From: Squalus acanthias | Lineage: Eukaryota | Assembly: GCA_030390025.1 (NCBI GenBank) | Contig: CM059432.1 | Coordinates: 87,360,001 to 87,424,000 of the forward strand | DNA: 64,000 bases | Direction of reading: 5' to 3' | Part shown: positions 10,650-23,140 of the stretch, in pieces | Numbering within the stretch: position 1 is the stretch's first letter | How the letters are laid out: each line of letters begins with the position of its first letter | Program-made: the position numbers and the translations under genes | Notes under the pieces: model-generated | Told to the model about the DNA's origin: nothing | Seen by the model: only the letters and a program-made list of their open reading frames with translations | Databases searched by the model: none

Positions 10650-11588
10650 AATTTGTGGACGACACCAAATTGGGAGATAAAGTTAATACAAAGGAAGAAT
10701 GCGACAAAATACAGGAAGACTTTAATAAACTTGCAGAATGGGTGTGTAATTGGCAAATGAATTTCAATATAGATAAGTGCAAGGCGGTGCATTTTGGTAG
10801 GAAGAATAAGGAGGCCACATACTGCTTGAATAATAAGAGTGTAAATGGGGTAGAGGAGCAAAGGGATCTAGGGGTACAGATACACAAATTACTAAAACTA
10901 GCGACGCAGGTAAATAAGGCCATTAAACAAAACAAACTAACCACTGGGGTTTCATTTCTGGAGGGATAGAATCGAAAAGCAGAGAAGTTATGGCAAACTT
11001 GTACAGAATCTTGGTAAAATCACACTTGGAGTACTGTGCACAGTTCTGGTCTCTATTATAAAAAGGATATAGAGGCATTGGAGAAGGTACAAAAAGGATT
11101 CACAAGCATGATACCAGAACTGAAAGGATATACTTATCAGGAAAGACTGAACAGGCTGGGGCTCTTTTCTCTAGAAAAGAGAAGGCTGAGGGGTAACCTG
11201 ATAGAGGTCTTTAAGGTAATGAAAGGGTTTGATAGGTTAGATGCATAGAAAATGTTTCCACTTGTGGGGCTGTCCAAAACTAGAGGACATAAATATAAGA
11301 TAGTTATGAACAAATCCAGTAGGGAATTCAGGGGAAACTTCTTTACCCAAAGAGTGGTAGGAATGTGGATCGTGCTGCCACAAGGAATAGTTGAGTCAAA
11401 TATCATAGATGCATTTAAGGGGAAGCTAGATAAACACATGAGAGAGAAAGGAATATAAGGATATGCTGATAGGGTTAGGTGACGAGGGGTGGGAGGAGGT
11501 TTGTGTGGAGCATAAATAATGGCATAGACAAGTTGGGGCAAATGGCCTGTTTCAGTGCTGTAGACTCTATATAACTCTATGTAACTAT
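10650..11588 (+). mobile_element. CR1 LINE 3' fragment
   Basis: DDTKLG..WQMNFNIDKCK..RLGLFSLEKRRLRG..FFTQRVV; ACTCTAT-type tail repeat. Confidence 0.88.
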
Positions 11589-11599
11589 CCTTGAGACCT

Positions 11600-12080
11600 T
11601 AGCCCGACTATATTGCAAAGCACCCTCAGATTGATCCAAGCACCTGAAGCATGCTGTCAAAATTTCAGTAGTGGTTTATCATGACTCTGGTGGCAGAATG
11701 GATCTAGTTGCAGCAGTGCTTAGTAAGTGTCCTGAGAAAGTGCATAATATCACCATTCTTGATTCTTCAGGATCCATCCAGACACCTGCCTTTATGCTTG
11801 AAAAAGTCCAGGCACAGTGAATTGTCCTAAAATGAAGGCACCTTGACAGCTGCCAGGAAAGTGACTATTTACTTGTATGATGCAGTGATCCTGGTCATAA
11901 ATGAGCTGAACATTGATTGAGTGGAATCCTTTCCTGTTGATGTATATGATGGGACTGATGAAAGGAGCACATATGGTCATGTGGGTACACTCTATGACTC
12001 CTTGTACTTTGGAGAATCATATCACTCAGTAAAATTGCAGTGTTATGTCCTGCTTGTGCCTGTTGTCTACAAGCATTATA
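11600..12080 (-). pseudogene. Old PIF/Harbinger transposase relic
   Basis: YINRKGFHSINVQL..IIQVNSHFPGSCQGAFIL resembles the HARBI1-family core. Confidence 0.7.
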
Positions 12081-12802
12081 CACTTTAATGGAAAGAAATA
12101 TCGGACACGGTGCATAATGGATGGACGATCCACAATTGTCAGTTTTCTGCCCTCACCCAAAGTGAAAATTATCCCTGGAGAAACAAGATCCAATGCAGTC
12201 CTCATGTGAATTGGGGTTAGACGGTGGAGGATAATTAGATCAGGGTCGAGGGAAGACTGTGATGCTGGAAGACTGTGATGCTGGAAGAGGCTAGAAGGGG
12301 AATGTAGAGCTGGGCTGAGGAGCGAGGGAACTAGGGAGAGAAGGGGTGTAGAGGGCCAGAGGAGGCCAGAGGAGGAGGAGAGGGGCAAAAGGAGAAAAAT
12401 AGTGAAGAAGGCAACTTTAAAAAAAATACTAACATTATAAATCATGACATAAAGATATAAAGAAATTATAATTGAAAAAATTAAAAACATTGGGGGCAGG
12501 AAGCAGAGAGTGACCTGGAGGCCCGATCTAGCAACATTTAAAGAGAAATATATAATTATATAGATAATAAAAAGCTATGTAAATGTTTATTTTTATACAT
12601 ATATACATTTAATAAACTCAGTATCTACATTTAAGTTATAGGGTTGCACTAAAATATTGCATAAATTGTGGACTTGCCTAATATTGAGCCTTCACAGTAT
12701 GAACAAAAATCTGCAGATGCTCGAAATTTGAAACAAAAACAGAAAAGCTGGAAACTCTCAGCAGGTCAATCAGCATCTATGGAGAGATCGGACAAGTCAA
12801 TA

Positions 12803-12950
12803 GAGGTAACTTTCAACTTCGGTGGGAGCAGAAAACTGGCAGCATCGGATTGGCTATCCGTTATGGAAAGGAAAATGTAGTGGGGTGTATAATGGGTGAC
12901 CGATCTGATCCTGCCAGTTTTCTGCTGTCTCTGAAGTTCAAAGTTACCCC
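12803..12950. mobile_element. 148-bp palindromic MITE inside a Penelope-type terminal fragment (about 12700-12985)
   Basis: 18-bp TIR (16/18), 3-bp TSD ATA, inner arms GCAGAAAACTGGCAG also inverted. Confidence 0.8.
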
Positions 12951-13004
12951 ATATATTTCAGGTGTAGATCCTTTATCAGAGCTAATGGGAGTAATTTACA
13001 AGCA

Positions 13005-13938
13005 CGACCTCACCTCCACTTCTCTCGACCCCTGCACAGTCTCTAAATTGTTAGACTGCTTGTCCGACATCCAGTACTGGATGAGCAGAAATTTTCTGCA
13101 ATTAAATATGGGGAAGACCGAAGCCATTGTTTTCGGTCTCCGCCACAAACTCTGTTCCCTAGCCACTGACTCCATCCCTCTGTCTAACATCTGTCTGAGG
13201 CTGAACCACACTGTTCGCAACCTTGGTGTCATATTTGACCCTGAAATGAGCTTCCGACCACATATCCGCGGCATAACTAAGATCGCCTATTTCCACCTCC
13301 GTAACATCGCCTGTCTCCACCCCTGCCTCAGCTCATCTGCTGCTGAAACCCTCATCCATGCCTTTGTTACCTCTAGACTTGACTATTCCAACTCACTCCT
13401 GGCTGGCCTCCCACATTCTACCCTACATAAACTTGAGGTCATCCAAAACTCAGCTGCCTGTGTCCTAACTTGCACCAAGTCCCGTTCACCCATCACCCAT
13501 GTGCTCGCTGACCTACAGTGGCTCCCGGTTAAGTAACGCCTCGATTTCAAAATTATCATCCTTGTTTTCAAATCCCTCCATGGCCTCACCCCTCCTTATC
13601 TCTGTAATCTCCTCCAGCCCCACAAACCCTCCTGAGATATCTGCGCTCCTCTAATTCTGCCCTCTTGAGCATCCCTGATTATAATCGCTCAACCATTGGT
13701 GGTCATGCCTTTTGTTGCCTGGGCCCTAAGCTCTGGAATTCCCTGCCTAAACCTCTCAACCTCTCTTTCCTCCTTTAGATGCTCCTTAAAACCTACCTCT
13801 TTGACCAAGCTTTTGGTCACCTGCCCTAATTTCTTCTTATGTGGCTCAGTGTCAAATTTTTTGTCTTATAATACTCCTGTGAACCGCCTTGGCATGTTTT
13901 ACTATGTTAAAGGTGCTATATAAATACAAGTTGTTGTT
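13005..13938 (+). mobile_element. L2-clade LINE 3' fragment
   Basis: WMSRNFLQLNMGKTE..AETLIHAFVTSRLDYSNSLLAGLP; tail GCTATATAAATACAAGTTGTTG. Confidence 0.88.
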
Positions 13939-14151
13939 TGCCAGCTGGGTGGTAACCTGGCGGAGCAGATCGGATTGGATTGGATTGCCTACCTGTTGTA
14001 GAACCCACCCAACCAGGTGGCTTGTATAAAGGGTGGGCAATCCGTTCTGCCAGGTTACTGCCAGTTGGAGAAGTTTAAAATGACTCCCAATATTTTTTTT
14101 TCTATTGCCCAGGATAACATAAGATTATGTGCAGTCTGTTTTTGAAAGAAA

Positions 14152-14240
14152 ATGAGAAGTCGCACAACACCAGGTTATAGTCCAACAGATTTATTTAAAA
14201 TTACAAGCTTTCGGAGCTGTCGCCCCTTCGTCAGGTAAAG
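14152..14240 (-). mobile_element. Penelope-type terminal fragment with hammerhead motif, about 270 bp upstream of the GDAP1 ATG
   Basis: Same family as 5411-5514; CTGACGA..GAAAGCTT on minus strand. Confidence 0.75.
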
Positions 14241-14369
14241 GTGCAATGAAGGAATCTACAATATTACACAGCACATGTTTTTGAATGAGCCCTGATACTG
14301 CTACCAGTTCTCAATCTTTCCACAAGACAATGCCATTGCTCCCACCAGCCTACTCAGTGTTTGCATGCC

Positions 14370-14503
14370 ACCTGGCCCTCGCGTTGAATTGTGGGGATTG
14401 TAGTTTTTAAGGCCGTGCTAATGGGATGAGGATGACGTGTGCGTTCCATTGGACTACATCATCCAGAGTGTCTCGGGCGGCGCAGGCAGGACAGGGAAGC
14501 ACA
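14370..14503 (+). promoter_or_regulatory. Probable GDAP1 promoter / 5'UTR
   Basis: Locally CpG-rich; two ACTACA-type ZNF143/THAP11-like motifs (about 14379-14405 minus, 14452-14475 plus); half-CRE TGACGT near 14433; YY1-like AATGGCGGC over the start codon. Confidence 0.6.
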
Positions 14504-14668
14504 ATGGCGGCTGCTGCGGGGGAGCAGGATAGTGATGGAAGGTGCCGAGATATGGAAGTGCAGAGGCCGGAGCAAGGTGACAGGTCACTGCAGGTCGTCC
14601 AAAAACCAGAGAATACTCGCGTCAAACTGGTTCTGTATCACTGGTCCCAGTCTTTCTGTTCACAGAAG
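14504..14668 (+). CDS. GDAP1: GDAP1 coding exon 1 (55 codons)
   Basis: ATG in acaATGg context; encodes ...VKLVLYHWSQSFCSQK (human KLILYHWTHSFSSQK); donor AAG|gtgagt at 14669. Confidence 0.93.
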
Positions 14669-15239
14669 GTGAGTTCGTGCGAATAACGCGGAGTGAGTGG
14701 TGGGAGGATTCGCCGGTTGATGTTGGGGTGGGGTTGATGTTGTGGGTTGGGGTTAGACATGTCACTTACAGCCCACTCTACGATTTTGGGGACACGGTTA
14801 ATGGTGCCTAGTTATGTTTTCCCCCCATGCGGTACAATGAAACGAGGTGACCGACCTAGATATCCGATAATCCACCCCAAGGACTTCAAACCTGGGTCGA
14901 GCTTATTGTCACAAGGGGGCTGATTATTTTATGCACACATTCATGCTTGTGGTGACAGCTGATATGTAGCATAGGAATGAACATGAGGACCGCCCTCATT
15001 GGTAGCGTGTAGAAACAGACCATTTTGGTCTTTTGAGTATTACACTCTCATATGCTGTAACTTGAGAAATTGAGTTCACAAAGAAGTACAGATGAGGCAG
15101 GCCGTCTGATTACGTCTTGAATTAGTCTAGAACGTTTTCTCAACTGCTCTACTCGGAAGACCACTCCAAGTGTTGATTACATGGATTTTGTTGTCACTGT
15201 TCAATTTTGTCTTTTAACAATTTCTCAATGTTGTGAAGG

Positions 15240-15605
15240 ATGTCAAGGCCTTAGAGAGGGTGCAGAGGAGATTTACTGGAATAGTAGCAGGGATAAGGGA
15301 CTTCAGTTATGTGGGGAGACTACAGAAGCTGGGGTTTTTCTCCTTAGAGCAGAGAAGATTGAGAGATTTAAGAGGTGTTCACAATTTATGAAGGGTTTTG
15401 ATAAAGTAGAGAAACTGTTTCCACTGCCAGGAGGGTCGATAACCAAAGGATATAGATTTAAGGTAATTGGTAAAAGAACCTGAGGGGAGATGATGAGAAT
15501 TTTTTATGCAGCGAGTTTTGGTCTATAATGCACTGCATGAAAGGGTGTTTGAAGTATATTCAATAATAACTTTCAATGGGGAATTGTGTATATATACTTG
15601 AAAAG
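15240..15605 (+). mobile_element. Degraded CR1 3' fragment
   Basis: MKGFDKVEKLFPL..TKGYRFKVIGKR. Confidence 0.7.
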
Positions 15606-15644
15606 GATCTATAGGAACACTAAACAATACCGTAAAACATCAAA

Positions 15645-16043
15645 AAGAAAAGAAAGATTTGCATTTATATAGCGCCTTTCACGACCACCTCAGCGCTTTA
15701 CAGCCAATAAAGTACTTTTGAAATGTAGTTACTGTTGTAATGTGGGAAACACTGCAGCCAATTTGCGCTCAGCAAGGTCCCACAAACAGCAATGTGATAA
15801 TGACCAGATAATCTGTTTTTGGTGATGTTGGTTGAGGGATAAACATTGGCCAGGACACCGGGGATAACTCCCCTGCTCCTCTTCGAAATAGTGCCATGGG
15901 ATCTTTTACGTCCACCCGAGAGAGCAGACGGGGCCTCAGTTTAACGTCTCATCCAAAAGACGGCACCTTCAACAGTGCTCAAGTCCCTGGAGTGGGACTT
16001 GAACCCACAACCTTCTGACTCAGCGGCGAGAGTGCTACCCACC
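15645..16043 (-). mobile_element. tRNA-derived SINE with L2-like tail (DeuSINE-like)
   Basis: Minus-strand B-box GGTTCAAGTCCC near 15995-16007; 3' AAAGGCGCTATATAAATGCAA tail shared with the L2 copies; family name from recognition only. Confidence 0.7.
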
Positions 16044-16379
16044 CATCAAAGTAACTATTGAAATGCACGTGATAGAAATTTGACTACTAGACAAGTTGTG
16101 CAATGCAAAGTGCGAAATACTGGAGTTTGCTTCCTACTGACAGCATATCTGTCCATAGGGAAAACTTGCATTGGGATATCTGGGTCAGTTGTTGGCTACT
16201 TCCACAGCAATTGCACCTAATTGAACACCATGGCCATAGTAGGGGTTGGTTCCTCTATTTCTATCTATCTGCTGGATCCACTTGCTTGCGCCTCTTCCTC
16301 ACTGCCACACCCAAAGCAGCAGCATACTTCTGGAGATTTTCAACAATCTTTGTGTTGGTTAGTGATTTGGATGTCATAA

Positions 16380-17330
16380 CTTCTTAACAACATTGACTGG
16401 ATTAAACTCTGCTAATAGTTGCAACAGAGAAAACATACTTAGTTGGCCTTCGATCTTTGACGATGCCACATGTAGCTGTTTCCTCTGCTTGTGTGTTGAA
16501 TTTGCAGTGCAGAAAGCAGTTGGCAATGGTCTTTGCTTTCAACTCCTCCCATGATTAATGAATCATGTAGATTGCCTGTAGAACATCCATTGAAAATGGC
16601 ATGCCAGCATCCTGTGTGACAATCACTTTTTGCGCCAACCATTTCTTGTAGTGCTGTTTCATAACATAAATCATGCCAATATCCATTGGCTGGATCACAG
16701 ACATTATATTAGCTCTATCACACTTAGATGCAGACACTTCATGTTGGTCGCACAGTTGTCAACTATTGGGTGGCTTTTCTAGATGTCTTGCTTCAGTCAG
16801 AGAGATGCAGCTGCTCCTCAAAGAACACCAGTCATCCATGCATTGTTTTGTGAGTTACCAGCAGAATAACACCACCATTAGAAGTTTTCGGAATTCCCCA
16901 TCGCAAGCTGCTTTCTTTGTTCCCTATTCATGCCAGCATAAAGCATGGTGGTAATTCATAGGTTAACCTTTCTCCCCACCTGAGCATTTTTTAATGTTTG
17001 GGCACAGCTTGTTTTTTTTGGGGGAAAAAAAGGTCCCATTTCATCAGCATTAAAGATGTCGTCGTGCTTATAACGAGACAAAACTTCAGGAATTTGGTCA
17101 CGTGTGCTGTTGCTGACATTTTCTGCGGGAATGCCGCTAGCTTCCCCTTATGTGGACCTGCACTTGATTACGTGGCAGTTTTTGAAGTGATTGATCGATG
17201 AAGCAGAAATGGGGTCGGTTCCAAATTCTTGTGAATTAATTTTCCTTTTCTAGCAAGATGAGGTCAGATACCCCAGGTAGGATTGCTGTTCTCTTCTGCC
17301 TCAGCTAGCTCAACAGCCTGATATAACATT
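16380..17330 (-). pseudogene. Old pogo/Tigger transposase relic
   Basis: IFNADE motif near 17040-17057; IQPMDIGMIYVMKQHYKKWL near 16640-16700. Confidence 0.65.
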
Positions 17331-17944
17331 GAGACATCCTGTTCCTTTCGCTGCTGAAATTCTGCTGGTAGTCAGTGGTGATTCTCTTTGTTTTTCAGGC
17401 CGTTGGAGAATGTGGTGGGAGCTATGTTATATTTCTGTGCAACAATTTTCTTCATTTCTCTGGAGTGCTCTTTTACATATTTGATCTTCTATTTTTCCCC
17501 CATTGGTAAAGTTCTTGTACTTCTGGCTAGCCATGTTCTTAAGCTTTTCTGCATCTCTACTTGATAATGCACTGCACCAAGGTGATTGAAGCCTGCAGCA
17601 CCTGATGGTGATCATTAGGTTGAATGCAAATTAAGTGGTGGATTTCTCCAGGTATGGGAATTTGAATTAATTAAGCAACATATAGTCAGTTTTTTAATGC
17701 TATTTTGCTTCAAATTAACAATTAAATTAAAGGAACTTTGAATTAAGAAGGATATTCTCTATGAATCGAGCAGCTTATGTCTGGTTAGTAACAAATTGCA
17801 ATCAATACAACTGACTGGATGTTTTCATTCTCTGCTGTCCTAAATTTTCCAAGTTGTCAAGATATAGTGGAAAATGTTGGGTGGATTTTTTTCTTGAGTT
17901 TAAAATCCACCCAAAAAGCCTTTCTGAAACATGAGTTTGATAAA

Positions 17945-18245
17945 CTGTAGATCAGAAGCAAGGTTCCAGGTTCAATCCACACTGCTGAGCTAGCTTATCT
18001 CAGTTAGAGGAGCTGTGAGCCTGAGTTAGTGTTACTGATTGCTGTACAGTGCTTCCTGTTGGAAATGTGCTTGTGTGGATGTAGGACATTGACAGGATTT
18101 GGCTCAGTTGTGATGTTCTCCACAGTCAGATAGTCAGCTGGCACTGACTAGTAAGGATCACATATGAATAATAGCTTCTGGGGCAAAGTACCGGAGGCAG
18201 CTGTCCCCCATGGAATTATCAGTGCCTTTAGAAGAAGTGAAGAAA
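17945..18245 (+). mobile_element. Old tRNA-derived SINE (LF-SINE-like); related copies at about 24130-24340 (-), 28130-28240 plus 29345-29520 (+, split by a CR1) and 39320-39680 (-)
   Basis: B-box GGTTCAATCC; shared body GTGTGGATG..GACAGGAT..GGCTC..TGTGATG among the copies. Confidence 0.55.
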
Positions 18246-18630
18246 ATTCATGTGAAAAATAAGAAAAGAGAAACTGCTGATTTAGAAATAGTAAGTCTTG
18301 GTATTGTATCCAATTTAGTCACTTATTCTAAAATTAAATTAAATCTTAATAAAGAACTCTGTGTAGAAACATTAATTCTGAGCAAAAATAATTAGACTTT
18401 CAAAATGTGTGGCCATGTTGTGACAAAATTCAGACCTTTTTATAAGTGAATTAGGAATATGGAATACTTTGAAACTATGAATTGTAATTGGAATATGCAT
18501 TTCGCTGGAATTGACTGTCATTAAGAAAGGAGCACTCTCCTGGGAATTATATTAATGACCTTAGATCTTTGCACTGTAGTGCCTGGCACAAAAGTTTAGT
18601 GAATCAAACTGATTATGCAACAATCACATT

Positions 18631-19327
18631 GGGCCGGATTTTTCGATTAGAGGTTTCCTATGTGCGGATGCCTCTGATCAGGAAAAATCTACGAACTTAC
18701 CTGCTGGGTCCCGAGACTGCCGATCCTGGGCCTCTGCTCTCTGAAATGTGCAGAGGCCCAGGTATCCCAGGAGCGCATGCAGTTCGCACGCGCCCCTGGG
18801 ATCACGTTGGCCATGGGGAACCAAAGAAGGGACTCCCCCTTCACACTTTTGACAGGTCTCTACGCACGGATCTGTCAAAAGTATGAATGGGGATCACTTA
18901 ATTTAATGCTTAACTTTTTTTTAAATCGTGTATTTAAAATTAGTTAAAATTACATGAAATTAAATATTTTAAACAATTTAATTTATTGAAAAAAATAATT
19001 AAGTCTTTTACGGGGCTAAAAATAAACTTGCCTTTTAAAGTATTTTAAAATTATAAATGACTTTTTTTTAAAAACTCTTATGCTGGTAAAAGCAGGCCTT
19101 ACCAGGCGTAAGATTTTTAAAGGTTTTCAGCGGGCGGAAGTTGTGCAGAAAGCGGAACTCCCAACCCGCAGAGGCCCTTTTCCTGGGCAGGCGGATGATC
19201 TGTCAAGAGAATTCTTGACGGTTCAGAAGTGCCGAGTTTTAGCATATGCGCTTCGCATGCCTAAACCCGGCACTTGCGAGGCCCCTACGGGTGCGTAAGT
19301 ACTCGTGGGGGTCGGAAAATCCGGCCC
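18631..19327. mobile_element. Harbinger-type MITE (697 bp)
   Basis: TIR GGGCCGGATTTT; 3-bp TSD ATT; AT-rich core resembling 3102-3845 (AAAATAAACTT.CCT). Confidence 0.85.
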
Positions 19328-20034
19328 ATTATTTGATATGACTTAGGACATTGTTGCAAAATTACACTACTCTTTAGTGAGTTGCAAGTATATTTCAGAA
19401 TCAACGAATAGGAAGTAAGCTGGATAGGGAGGCAGTAGATTATTGTGATGCCTTTATACAATGGCTAGAGTTTAAAGATGCGCAGGTTTTTCCAAAAGGA
19501 TGGTAAGTAATATAAATTTGTTTGTCCCTCAACATAAACAACAACTCGCATGTCTAACAGTCCTTGTGTGCAGAGAAAGACATCTCAAAGCACTTTACAG
19601 GTCAGAGAAATGAATAGACCATGCCAAGCAGGAGGGAATAAAGGAGATGATGGAATGGTTAGGAGTGGGACACCGAAGGTATGGTTGAAGAGAAGAGTTT
19701 CTATGGTGCTTTTGAAAGCAGGGGATAGCGTGCCGAGAAGAGGGGCTTGGGGGGTGGGGGGGAAGTAGGGAGTCCCTGAGGGCGGGGATATATTGGCTGA
19801 ATGCCCACTGACGGCAAGTCAAAGGGACCGGGAACAAAGCATTGTTGGAAGAGTGGAGAGTGGGTGCAGGGACATATGGCTGGGTAGGTACATAAGAACA
19901 AAGAAATAGGAGCAGGAGTAGGTCATATAACCCCTCGAGCCTGCTCCACCATTCAATAAGATCATGGCGGATCTTCTACCTCAACTCCACTTTCCCACCC
20001 TATCCCCATTTCCTTTGATTTTTTTACCATAGTT

Positions 20035-23000
20035 GGGGTATGGTAGTATAGTGGTTATGTTACTGGACTAGTAATCCAGAGGCCTGGATGAATAATCTGG
20101 AGATGTCAGTTCAAATCCCACCATGGCAGTTTGTGAATTTGCATTCAGTTTAAAAAAATTCAATGAACCTGGTATCAGTAATGGTGACCATGAAGCTATC
20201 TGATTGTTGTAAAAACCCAACTGGTTCACAAATGTCCTTACGTGGTCTGGTCTATATGTGACTCCAGACCCACATTAATGTGGTTGACTCTTAACTGCCC
20301 TCTGAAATGGCCCAGCAAGCTTGCATCAAACCACTACAAAGAAGTATAATAAGAATAAAACCAAACAGACAACTTGGTTTCGACCTAGGCATCAGATTTG
20401 GATACGGCAAAGTCACACCCAGCCCAGTCGACTCTGCAAAATCCTCCCCACTAACATCTGGGGACTTGTGCCAAAGTTGGGAGAGCTGTCCTGCAGATTA
20501 GTCAAGCAACAGCCTGACATAGTCATACTCAAAGAATCATACCTATCGGCCATCGTCCTAGACTCCTCCATCACCATCCCATGGTATATTCCATCCCATC
20601 GGCAGGACAGATCCACCGGAGGTGGCGGCACAGTGGTATACAGATGGGAGGGAGTGGCCCTAGGTGTCCTCAACATTGACTCCGAATCCCATAAAGTCTC
20701 GTGGCAGCAGGGGTCAAACATGGGCAAGGAAAGCTCCTGCTGATTACCACCTACTGCCCTCCCTTAGCTGATTAATCAATACTCCTTCATGTTGAACACC
20801 ACTTGGAAGAAGCACTGAGTGTAGCAAGGGCACCGAATGTACTCTGGCTGGGTCCATCACGAATAGTGGCTCGGTAGTACCACCATTGACCAAGCTGCCC
20901 GAGTTCTGAAGGTGGTGAGAGAACCAACACGAGGGAAAAATTTACTTGACCTCATCCTCACCAAACTACCTGTCGTAGATGCATCTGTTCTTGACAGTAT
21001 TGGTAGGAGTGACCACCTCTCAGTCCTTGTGGACACCCTCCATCGTGTTGTGTGGCACTACCACTGTGCTAAATGGGATAGATTCAGAACAGACCTAGTA
21101 GCTCAAAACTAGGCATTCGTGAGGCACTGTAGCCATCAGCAGCAGCGGAACTGTATTCCACCACAATCTGTAACCTCATGGCCTGGCATATCCCTCACTC
21201 TACCATTACCATCAAGCCAGGTGACCAACCCTGGTTCAATGAGGAGTGTAGAGTATGCCAGGAGCAGCACCAAACGCACCTGAAACTGAGGTGCCAACCT
21301 GGTGAAGCTACAACACAGGACCACGTGAATGCTAAACAGCGGAAGCAGCATGCTGTAGACGGGGCTAAGCGATACCACAATCAACAGATCATATCAAAGC
21401 TCTGCAGCCCTGCCACATTCAGTTGTGAATGGTGGCGGACAATTAAACAACTAATGGGGGAGGAGGAGGCTCCATGAACATCCCCATCCTCAAAGATAGC
21501 GGCCCAGCATGTATATGCAAAAGACAAGGCTGAAGCGTTTGCAACCATCTTCAGCCAGAAGTGCCGAGTGGATGATCCATCTTGGCCTCCTCCTGAGGTC
21601 CCCACCATCACAGATAACATTCAGCCAATTTGATTCACTCCACGTGCTATCAAGAAATGGTTGAGCGCACTGGATGCAGCAAAGGCTATGGGCCTGACAA
21701 CATCCCGGTTGTCGTGCTGAAGACTTGTTTCTAGCCAAGCTGTTTCAGTATAGCTACAACACTGGCATCTACCTGACAAAGTGGAAAATTGCCCAGGTAT
21801 GTCCTGCCCACAAAAAGCAGGACAAATCCAAACCGGCCAATTACCACCCCATCAGCCTACTCTCAATCATCAGCTAAGTGATGGAAGGTGTTGTCGACAG
21901 TGCTATCAAGTGGCACTTGCTCACAAATAACCTGGTCACCGATGCTCAGTTTGGGTTCTGCCAGGACCATTTGGCTCCAGACCTCATTACAGTCTTGGTC
22001 CAAACATGGACAAAGAATTGAATTCGCGAGGCGAGAGTGACTGCCCTTGACATCAGGGCAGCATTTGACCGAGTGTGGCACCAAGGAGCCCTAGTAAAAT
22101 TGAAATCAATGGGGATCAGGAGGTAAACTCTCCTGGCTGGAGTCATACCTAGCACAAAGGAAGATGGTGGTGGTTGTTGGGAGGCCAATCATCTCAGCCC
22201 CAGGACATTGCTGCAGTAGTTCCTCAGGGCAGTGTCTTAGGCTCAGGCATCTTCAGGTGCTTCATCAATGATTTTCCCTCCATCATAAGGTCAGAAGTGG
22301 GGATGTTTGCTGATTAGTGTACAGTTCCATTCACAATTCTTCAGATAATGAAGCAGTCCGTGACTGCATGCACCAAGACGTGGGCAGCATCCAGGCTTGG
22401 GCTGATAAGTGACGAGTAACAATCATGCCAGGCAATGTCCATCTCCAACAAGAGAGAATCTAACCACCTTCCCTTGATATTCAGTGACATTACCTTCATC
22501 TAATCCACCACTATCAACATCCTGGGGGTCACCATTGACCAGAAACTAACTGGACCAGCCACATAAATACTGTGGCTATAAGAGCAGGTCAGAGGCTAGG
22601 TATTCTGTGGCGAGTGTCTCACCTGACTCCCCAAAGCCTTTCCACCACCTACAAGGCATAAGTCAGGCGGTGTGATGGAATACACTTCACTTGCCTGGAT
22701 GAGTGCAGCTCCAACAACAAGCAAGAAGCTCAACACTATCCAGGACAAAGCAGTCCGCTTGACTGGCACCCCATCCACCACCTTAAGCATTCACTCCCTC
22801 CACCTCCGGCGCTCTGAGGCTGCAGTGTGTACTATGTACAAGATGCACTGCAGCAACTCGCCAAGGCTTCTTCGACAGGACCTCCTAAACCTGTGACCTC
22901 TACTACCTAGAAGGGCAGCAGGCGCATGGGAACACCTCCCAAGTTCCTCTCTATATCACGCACCATCCTGACTTCGACATATCGCCATTCCTTCATCGTT

Positions 23001-23140
23001 GCTGGGTCAAAATCCTGGTGCTCCCTACCTAACAACACTGTTAGGAGTATCTTCAAGCGGACTGTAGCGGATATAGAAGGCGGATCATCACCCTTCTCAA
23101 GGGCAACTAGGGATAGCCAACGACTCCTACATCCTGTGAA
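20035..23140 (+). mobile_element. Near full-length degenerate CR1-group LINE (APE endonuclease plus RT) with tRNA-like 5' head
   Basis: A/B boxes at 20044-20118; TNIWGL..PDIVILKESYL..EPTRGKNLLDL..SDH; RT remnants; AWMSAAPTTSKKLNTIQDKA. Confidence 0.85.

Noticed and set aside
12026..12490. 154-aa hydrophobic ORF
   Set aside because: Low-complexity purine- and AT-rich sequence; no homology signal
14426..14503. In-frame upstream ATGs that would add 26 aa to GDAP1
   Set aside because: They overlap promoter motifs and are probably upstream of the TSS; ATG 14504 has the better context
20040..20125. tRNA gene
   Set aside because: A/B spacing too long and no full cloverleaf; it is a retroelement head
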